Shown one piece after another: positions 54,974-64,000 of a DNA stretch of 64,000 bases. Source of the stretch: Pelomyxa schiedti (lineage: Eukaryota; Protista; Evosea); NCBI GenBank assembly GCA_020536535.1, contig JAHLWZ010000729.1, positions 1 to 64,000 of the forward strand, written 5' to 3'. Each line of letters opens with the position of its first letter. Within the stretch, counting starts at the first letter, position 1. The notes under the pieces are model-generated. The model saw only the letters and a list, made by a program, of their open reading frames with translations, did no database searches and was not told the DNA's origin. A program made the position numbers and the translations under genes.

Positions 54974-56406
54974 TCACAGGTATTGGAGTACTCGCGTGAG
55001 ATTGGTTGTGTAGTCTCCTGTCCAATTGATGCTGAAGGTAGAATAAGGCCGAGAATTAAGGAAGAGGGTATCAACCTGTTCAGGCAGACACAGAGTTCAT
55101 ATGGGGTTATTAGTGGTTTATGAAATTGGTTTGCCTGGTTCCTCACAGTATTAAACGTGCAGGATAGTACAACAAAAACCTTTGGAAATGTTGGGAGTAG
55201 TGTCAGGGGAAGGGGTTTACTTACATCCACGTCAGGAAAATTCGCTAGTTTGTATTCATTTATTGCTCCAACAGATAAAACTATGCACGATTTTCCTGCA
55301 CCCTCTATTATTGAGCGCAGAGGTGCAATTGCTTTTTCAATGGTTGAATTGGCAGGAGATGTCACTAATGCAACTGTAGATGCAGATTGTAGTGCCTTGA
55401 TACCAATTGCGTAACGTCGGGAGACGATTCTACTTCCATTTGCCTGATTTGTAGTTCCAGTATTGGGATTGTAGCAAGTTACCTGATTTATCTTTTAATA
55501 TCACCTCAAACTACTGACGTACTTACATTCATCATTGGAAAGTTCAACAGCAAGTTCTCAAAAGTACGGGATTCCGGAGAACCAATAAATACTATCTGAG
55601 AAATCGGACTAGGTAAGACTGCCCTCCGACCACAGAAAGACCAGACAGTGCAGCTTGTATCAGTACTGTTGTCTGAAGTGGCACCCTGAGGTAAGCGATT
55701 TAGGGGTGTCTCTCACAAGAAAAGTACAGTGCATGAAGATGACATAATATCATTATCAAGGCTAGCAACGATAAAATTGGGTCTACTGAGAAGCGCGGTT
55801 TTGAGTTCTGCACAGTGATGCAGGTAGGGAGCATCTGGGAAAACGAGGCAACAACCGGAATCGATTTCCACTCTTGAACAGAATGAAGTGAACTCGGAAC
55901 AATTCAGAGGAGAGTGGCCAAAGACATAGAATGTAGGAATTTTCGATTTCCTAAGTGTTCAACGATAGTCACGAACCGAGCGGAAAGGAGTTCAGAGACC
56001 TACCAACTCAAGCAAGAGGTGCCGAATAATATTGCAGCCGTAGCGCCAACGTGAGCAGCAGCAGTCTGGTACAATCGTCAAGTGACGCCCATTGGTTTGT
56101 TATTTTGGAGTGGGAAGTGTGCCTCGTCCACGCAGCAGGTGACAACTGGGTCCCCGATCAAATAAACCTACCCGGTGTGACGCAATAGCAACTGCGTTAG
56201 TGACGGCATCATCACCACATAACGAAAGGCAGCAGTGGCACCTCAGGCGCGAAACCAGCAGACGAGCGGACGGCTTCCTCGAGCTCTGATACAATCCGAG
56301 GGCCCTGCGTGAGCTGCTCCGCATCGGCAAACTGGACACAGACCCTACGGTACCCACCCCGCGCCACAAACTCCACGGCACTCGGCGGCACAACAATCTT
56401 CTCCAT
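54974..56406 (-). CDS. DPH2: Diphthamide biosynthesis protein 2
   Basis: YRRVCVQFA, CCVDE|TAAAHV...GTSCLS, VGAINEYKLANFPDVD|VFVVLSC, FHKPLITPYEL, WTGDY; exact 3' end uncertain. Confidence 0.85.
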
Positions 56407-56483
56407 TCCCTGCCCCGGCTCTGATTTCGTCGGATCTGATCGCCAACAGGTTGGTTTTTTTTTTTTTTGTGTGGCAGCGACAA

Positions 56484-59400
56484 ATGAGCCAGGCTTGGTG
56501 GGAAGGTGGCAGCGTGTCGTCCTCCGAAGAAAGTGGCGACGACGACCCCTTCGCGGCGGCCGACAGGGACTTCGATGTGCTGCGCCTCCCTGACCGGGAG
56601 CCAGTCGCAGCCTCCCCGGCGCACCCTGTGCCCTGCACCCGTCCCTCTTCGTCACCAACTGCTCTGCCCCCGGCGTCCAAGTCCGCCCCCTCGACGCCGC
56701 TCTCCAGCCACACTGCGTGGTCGTCGTCCTATTCGTCGTCGTCATCCGCATCCGCGGCCACACGCGCTACAATGGGGCCACCCACGCACCACGTCGCAGT
56801 GGGGGGCACGCCAAAGTCGAGCCTCCAGACCTCCACCAACAGCAACAGCAGCAGCAACAACAGCAAGCGTTGGAGTCCTGTTCCACCAACTCCCAAAAGA
56901 ACCTCTACCTCGCCGTCGCCATCTGTATTACCTGCGTCACGTAGTGGCACTACCACGGCAGCGACTAGTAATACTACCGCGAGCAGCATTAGCAGGAGCG
57001 GCAGTACGGTCCAGCAGAATCAGCAGCAGCAGCAGCAGCAGCAGTCCTGTACCCCTGTGACTGTGAGCGCCAGTGGGGGCACCCATTGCAATCCAGTTGA
57101 CATTGTGTGTGTGGACTCTCCTGATTCCCCGGGGGCGCCTCCGCCTCCCCCACCTCCGCCTCCACCTCCTTCTAACCCGCACCCGGCTCCTTCATCGGCA
57201 TTGGGCGGCGCTGATTTCAAGAAGCCGCCGCTGACTGAGGAGCAGAAGGCACGGATGGAACAGAACCGGCTCGAAGCCATTAGGAGGAGGCGACTTCTTC
57301 TAGAAAGCCGTCAGCAACAGCAACAGGAACCGCAACAGGCGAATCCACTTCCTGAACCTAAGCAGTGGTTTGAAATGCAAAAACCACAGAAGAGTTGGAA
57401 CAATCCTTCTCATAATGCTATCATGATGGAGGCTCAGGAGCAGTACAGAAAGCACCAACAGTTGCACAACATGTGCATGGTGCAGGAGAGACAACTCCAG
57501 AAGAGACCTGGCAGTTCTAGCGGCTACAGTGGCTGGGTTGTCAAGGCAAAGCACATTCAATTTGACTCCCCAGTCAAGGATATGAAGATTAAGAGCCAGT
57601 CTTCAAAACAACCAAATCTCCCAAGCCATGGGCTGGACCAAGTCCTGGCGGATTCTGCGAGTCGCACTTGCCCACAGTCTGACAATAAGCCTGTGTGCCA
57701 TTGTGATCCAGGTTGTTGTCACTCAGATGAAACACGTGGAAGCCTTTCACATACAGGGGCAGATATTCACACAGATGCAGACCACGCCCCACCATTAGAC
57801 CCTGTAGATTGTACTCATGTTTTGGGTGATGGAGAACCCACAGCTATCTCTGGAAACACTGGTAATATAAACGGTGATACATCCTATGACGTGTGTTCCA
57901 CAACAACCTTCCCACACTGTGATGACCTCTGTGCTGATGAAGATAACCGTATCCCACATACTTCTGGCAACGAGGGCACTCCTGACAGTGATTCTGGTAA
58001 AACCAAGATAACTACTGCTTCCCCCACAAACCGTCATCGTGGTGTAAGTTTAGCTGCTGCCTTGATTCGAAGTCACAAGGCACATAGAACTGAAAATGTG
58101 TTAGATACCCCTCTCAAAGGGCTCTCGAAAAAACTACTGTCTTCCCAGACTCCTACCTCTTCGTGGCAACTAAAAAAAACACCCAAGGCATCAAAATATG
58201 GCCTTCTGAATCACTCTAACACCGTTACGGATGACCCCTCACTTCTTCAACCAAGTACAATATCACCACCTCCTCCAAAGAAGACACGTCTGGGGGTAAC
58301 TCCCCCGGACACCCCTCAGTATGAAGCTGACCTCTTCACTTTACATCGTTTGATTTCTTTCCAGGCCTGCAGATCACTGGGCAGAGTTCCAGGAGTTTGT
58401 TGCCATGTCCACCCTTCATCATGTATATATTGCACTTTCATGGGACCCTGATTGTACAAGCTTTCGGAACAAACATACGGTTCACACATTAGTTCCCACT
58501 CCTACCTAATAAGGTGCAGGGTACAACAAGAGCTGATTTTGACCACACTCAAGGTAGTAATATACTGCCTCTTCATTGCCAATATTCTTTACCCATACTT
58601 CAGTTATTTCATTCCTCATGGACTCTGGTACAGAAAGAAAACTATTCCATTTACCTCTCAAATCAAAGAAACCGTCTGTCACTTCAATTGCGTTTGTAAC
58701 GTAACCTATCCAATAGAATTGTTCCTGTAGAAACCCGCGTGTCATTGTTGCAATCTCTTTTCAGTAATGAACACATACGCAAAGTCTGCTATTGTGCACA
58801 AGATGTTTTCAAGGTGATAAAACACTTTGGTGTCCCAGGTACATGACAAGAACTTGAGTATTGACGGTCTTAACTTTGGAAAGGTCCCTGGAAAAACTGC
58901 CAGTGTACACTTGTGGCAGGTACCATATATTCATTCTCCCCTCTCCTTACTGTTACTATGTACCAGCCTGGGTGCTAGAACCTGATACTCCAGAAGAAGA
59001 TCTCAATTTTGCAGAATTGTGTTACAAATTTCTTCATAAAACTGATGAACCAGATGCAAATCACTTTACCAATCTCTCCAAACTCGCTCCTGGTAATAAA
59101 CCTTCATTCCACCAATTTAGTGTGTCATCTTGAATAGATATCTCCCTGTGCAAATCACTTATGGAGGTACTGAACCAGAAGATGGCCACGAACAATCTTG
59201 AGGAAGTATACAACCGAGAAATGGAGGTACAATCTATTTAATTTGAATAGAACTCAACATAATGGCGAAAACAGTTAATTCCTGTACTTGCAAGTACGGT
59301 TTTCCTGTCTATACAAGAGGCACTAAAATATTCACGAAGGTATGGAACTCTATGGCATTGGGTTTGACAAGCGTAGTTTGGGTTGTTACCGTGAAGAGCT

Positions 59401-61215
59401 TGAGGTTAATGAATACTACACTTCCTTCCTAAATTTGATAATAGGGTCGGCTGCAAGAGCTCACCTTGCAGGCCCAACAGTACTCCACTTCCCCTGTCAA
59501 CCTGGGTAGCCCAAAACAGGTGGCAAATATACTCTTCGAGCGTTTGAATCTTAAATTACCATCAAGTATGATGCTTTTTGACTCACCCGTATTTACTGTT
59601 GCAGGTGCAAAAACGAACTCGAAGTCGAGTACATCCGAGAGTGTCCTAACTCTCTTAGCCCCCATGCATCCCTTTCCTAGACTTGTAATGGGTTTGTAGA
59701 GCCCCCTATTTGCAATGCTAACTAAAACCTTTAGATTATCGCCATTGCCAAAAAATTCTATCCAACTGGGTTTTAGCTTTAGAAGCCAAAGCAATCAAAG
59801 ATGATGTGTGTCAAGAGAGAATCTTTTTTAGCACCTCATTATGTAGAATCCAGGTTCTTGGAGAATTAAAACTCAATGGAGTTCTATATCGACTGGGACG
59901 GGAAGACTGGCCTCCTCAAACCCCGTTAGCCCTATCTCAACCCTGAGGCCGGACTAACTTTTCCTTTTACAACAGAACTTACAAAATCTTCCCAGGACAG
60001 TGTTCAAACTAAAACCCTCGTCCGATATTGGCACCCAAAACGAGATTCATATAAATGTCCGTGACGCCTTTGCGTGCACTGAGGGGTAGTTTTTGTTAAC
60101 ATACCTGGGCTAACTCTTTTTGCAGGAAAATTTTTGTTGTGGCAGATTACTCACAAATAGAATTGCGTGTTCTTGCTCATGTAAGCAAAGATGAGTATTT
60201 GATCAATGCTTTTACTGCAGGCAACAATTATGACATTCACAAGTCAGTTGCCAGCCATATATTCGGTTCCACCCCAATCTCATTTTTACCTTAACACAAA
60301 ACAGGTAAGCAAAAAGATGAAATATCTGATGAAGAAAGAAACCGAGCCAAGCGAATAGTTTTTGGAATTCTTTATGGAATGGGTATATTTGACTATCTTC
60401 TATTTCTTTCTTCATTCTCCAAAACAGGTCCCCATACATTGGCTTCGTTACTGAAAGTCCCAATGAAAACTGCATCTGCCTTTATTCAATCTTTTCTCAA
60501 CAAGGTAATTGGAGCACAGTCTCCGTTCTCCCTTTTAATTACTGGTTCCAGTTCCCTCGTGTATCTTCTTTTATAAAAGAAACTCGCTCACAAGCGAGGA
60601 GGGACCAATATATACAAACAATCACTGGCACTAAAAGAAACTTTGAAAAAATAAACACGGCAGCAATGCGTGCACGCTGCGAAAGACAGGCAGTAAATTC
60701 CGTGATACAGGGTAGTGCTGCAGACATTGTAGTGTTAATCCTACTTTCCATAATACTGCTGACGTGATCGTATAGACAAAATTAGCTATGCTCAAACTAA
60801 GCTCCGCCCTTTCATCGATTCCGCAAAGTGAACTCGTTTTACAAATTCACGACGAGCTTGTGGTAACCACCCTCTCACCACAAAAACCACAAAACCAACC
60901 AACAACACACAGATTGAGGTTCCCAAAGAATCCAAGGACGCGGCGGCCGAAATCCTAAAGAGTAGCATGGAGACCGCGCTGCCTCTGCTAGTGCCCCTCG
61001 TGGTTCACCTCTCCACCGGCACCAGGTGGGGCTCCCTTGTGCCCTATAAGCCACCGTCATCCTTGCCTGGAGGAGGAGATGGAGATGGGGATGGGGATGG
61101 AGAAGGGGCGGGAGCCTGCGCTTCCACAAGCACAAGTGCTGCAGCAGTCGATGACCCCGACGACGATGACGACTTTGCCTTGCGTTTCCTGCACTCTGAC
61201 TTCGGGGACGAATGA
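56484..61215 (+). CDS. POLN: Family-A DNA polymerase, Pol nu/theta-like, no helicase domain visible
   Basis: [22 protein letters not shown]|[19 protein letters not shown] (motif A), [15 protein letters not shown] (motif B), [24 protein letters not shown] (motif C); orthology to POLN not established. Confidence 0.82.
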
Positions 61216-61328
61216 TGCCCTCTTTGAGGAAGGAAACAACACGAAATTCAACTGCAGAAAAATCAACCAAATTTCGGGCACTTATTTTCGTCCAGTAGGA
61301 CCCCATCACAATTTTCTAAACAAATTGG

Positions 61329-62332
61329 ATGCAAGGAGCAGCGAGGAGCGGTGGGGATGTAATAAGCCTGCACGGAAAGTGCTTGCGTATATGGAGAGAC
61401 GAGGAAGCCCATGTGAGGCCTATGTTGGTGAAATTGACTGCCGAGAGGCGGGCAAATTTGCCAAAGTGGTCGTCATTTGTGTGCGTGTGTCTTCTTTTTC
61501 CTGACCACGGTGGATGCATTTTTTACTTTTTTTTTTTTTTCTTTCTTTCTTTCTTTCTTTCTTTTTGAAAGGGAGGTGTATGAGAGAGCGGCGGTGTTTT
61601 TGATGAGAATGGAGTGCCCTAGAGTGTTAGACTTATTGGGCAGGAGTCACGAGAGAGGAGGGAGTTCTGAGGTTGAACCGTGCAAGGAAGAAATTGATTA
61701 CATAATGACGGCATTCACTGCGATATTCGATGTGGCAATTTTAGAAGACTCGCGGGTTTCTTTCCTTTTCGGTGCTCTCATGTTATCCTAACATAAACCA
61801 AGGAGGCTGTGGGAGATATGCAAGACGTTTACTTAAAAGAGGAATGGTTTGTCAATAAGCAGTGGCTGGATCATTTCAATGACCTACTTTCTCGAAGTAC
61901 GTTCTCTCATTACGTTTCCTAGTTACTCATTGGGTCACCTAATCATAAACACTCCAAAGCCTAGTGAGTTCAGGACAAGTACACCTCGAACCGTTGAATA
62001 CCTTTCTCGATGGGCCTTATCCTTCACCACCTCTGCGGTACGCGAAAGAAGAGACCCTAAGCTACATTCACGGCAATTCCCGAGACAGAATCACAGTTTG
62101 TTTTTCCTCCCTCTAAATCCCAACAATACGATTCACAAGATACAAATAACCTACTTGCAAAATTCTCACCACCCTAACTACTTTGTAGATAGCACCTGAC
62201 TACACACCCTGGGATGAGATTTTCACAGTTACCGAAATAGTTAGAAAGCGTGCAGCCCCACCTCCAAAACAAGAAGCCACAGAGTCTCCCATTTCTACAG
62301 ATAGCAAAAGAAGAAGGTGTGGTCTAATGTAA
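61329..62332 (+). CDS. Hypothetical protein ending in a polybasic CaaX prenylation signal
   Basis: Five exons join in frame through GT-AG introns; ends DSKRRRCGLM*. Confidence 0.6.
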
Positions 62333-62417
62333 ACAAAGAAGAAAAAAAAAAAAAACACAATACAATTTTATTTGCAGTAGAGGGAAAGTGGGAAATAAAT
62401 AAAACAAAAGGAAGAGG

Positions 62418-64000
62418 TCAGACAGCACCACACCAGCTCTGCTGGAATTGGCGTGGAGGGTCATCTGACGTCGTAATTGTAAGCAGCATCACATCCTTGT
62501 CATCCATTCCAGGCCAGATTATTGTGGGAAGCTTCACATTTCTTGTGTGGTTGGCAGGGAGCCGAGGTCAAGTCACAGGTGGAAACTGCCACCACTAGAA
62601 GTTGATGATGAAGTTGCTGTGGAGGCGTTGGATGATGAGGTGTTGGTACTGTTGCTGAGTGTTGGGTTGTGTATGTACGGTCCGTACCCCGATTGGGCCG
62701 GCAAAGGGTTTGGTGAATAGTGAGCTGTGGGTGGTGTACTGCCGAGGACAAGGGCGCCGTCACTGCTGTCCTTCTTCGAGAATTTCCAGAACCGGTGTTT
62801 CTTTTCAGGTGGTGTGTCTCGGTGAGTGTGAGGCATTTTCACATCTGGGTGGCCTTTGGGCTTGTTAGTGCTGTTGATAGCTCCATCTTTTTTCTTGTGG
62901 TGCGAGGAAACTGGGGCAGTGGCAGTTGTGCTACTGTTTGGGGAGCCAAAGCTGCTTGCACTGCTGGCGGGTGAAGAGAATGCGACGGGATTTGAGTGTG
63001 GTGATAGTGGAGGAGAGTTCTTGATCCCCTTTTTGCTCGAGTTCGGAGTTGCCGATGGTTTGGGAAAGAGTGCCTGGTATTGCTGCTCTAGCAGCATACG
63101 AAAATGGGTTTGAATCTCCTTCTTCAAAGTACTTTTTGGAAAAAAGTTAGCTGAATGCTTGAGAAGAATTTATACCTGTTGGCGTTGCCATCTAAGGAAG
63201 AGACATAGTAATAGGTAGCCCAAACAAGTTGTTTGTGAACGTTGATAGTTTCGGCAAGTTCATTCTAAACATAGTGAGCAAGACTTTGCTTATTGTGTTT
63301 TGATACGCAACTGATATTGCCTTGTTACTAGCAGCATACATATCAAACTGTAATTTGATTTTTTCCTTTTCCAACTCAAGTTGCTTGTTACGGCGCTCCA
63401 GAGCCGCGATTTGCTCCTGGAGATTTGTAATATTGTTGTTGCTCGTATTTGTGTCCGGGAAGCCAGGAAGATGTGGCTTCGAACTTTGCTTGCCAGTTTC
63501 GGATGAGAGATTTGGTCCGCGCGTTGATGCTATTTTAGTGGTTGGTGTGTTAGTGAAGGATGAAAGACCAGACCAAGGTTGCGCATAGTTCTCGTCCTTT
63601 GATAGAAACTCACACTTCTTTTAACTTCCGCGACATCCATTTGCATTCTGGCTTCCTACATAGAATAAGGAGCTTTTCGAGTGAAGGGTTAGAAATGGAA
63701 AGAGAACATGTCGGTGCAGGCGGAAAAGGGGGTGTTGCAGGAGGGCTGCTGCTGAAGGTCTATCCTCGGGATTTTTTATAAAACACTTCCTGAGAAAGTC
63801 TTGCATTTCCTAGCCGAAGGTTATTAATTCTCCATTAATAATTATATGATGAGACCAGGGAAATGTCGGTTGGAAGAGGGATTTCTTCCTGTACAATCTT
63901 ATACATTGCGGTCATTGGTGGTGATCTTTATTAAGAGAGATCAGAAGTGTAGTAATGAATGCTGGAATTGAACCCATAGAAAGGTGGCGATCCAGAAAGT
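62418..64000 (-). CDS. 3' part of a STE/MAP3K (Cdc7/SepA-like) kinase, 5'-partial
   Basis: PPFYG..HPMTAMYKIVQEEIPLP...MQDFLRKCFIKNPEDRPSAAALLQHP, then coiled coil and Ser-rich tail; last exon tentative (alternative stop at 62573). Confidence 0.75.

Noticed and set aside
54935-55700. Plus-strand ORFs including a DnaJ-like LKWHPE
   Set aside because: Antisense to well-conserved DPH2 exons

Overview
Gene-dense eukaryotic (protist) genomic scaffold, not prokaryotic. It holds about 25 protein-coding genes broken by many very short (about 29-80 nt) spliceosomal introns, tiny intergenic spacers, GC-rich low-complexity first exons and two 100-N gaps. The style suggests an amoebozoan such as the archamoeba Pelomyxa, but this is inference only. 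Recognisable genes: RNF141-like RING, type-B carboxylesterase, COG3, START protein, STE20 kinase, RhoGAP, DPH2, a family-A DNA polymerase (Pol nu-like) and a 5'-partial MAP3K/Cdc7-like kinase. Most notable observations: (1) an intron-containing gene ending in a normally prokaryotic MEDS sensor domain; (2) an intronless F-box-like plus Rbx1-like RING-H2 fusion; (3) a Crinkler-type REase+kinase effector gene preceded by a hairpin-rich inverted-repeat element; (4) a 1.6-kb region present twice (1-1584 and 35512-37187), carrying an anticodon-less tRNA-like Pol III unit, a variable cassette just upstream of it, and an intact versus a disrupted 5' end of a PIN/Asteroid-like gene; (5) a bacterial-type GNAT. 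Exon joins were deduced by eye and domain calls come from remembered motifs, not database searches.
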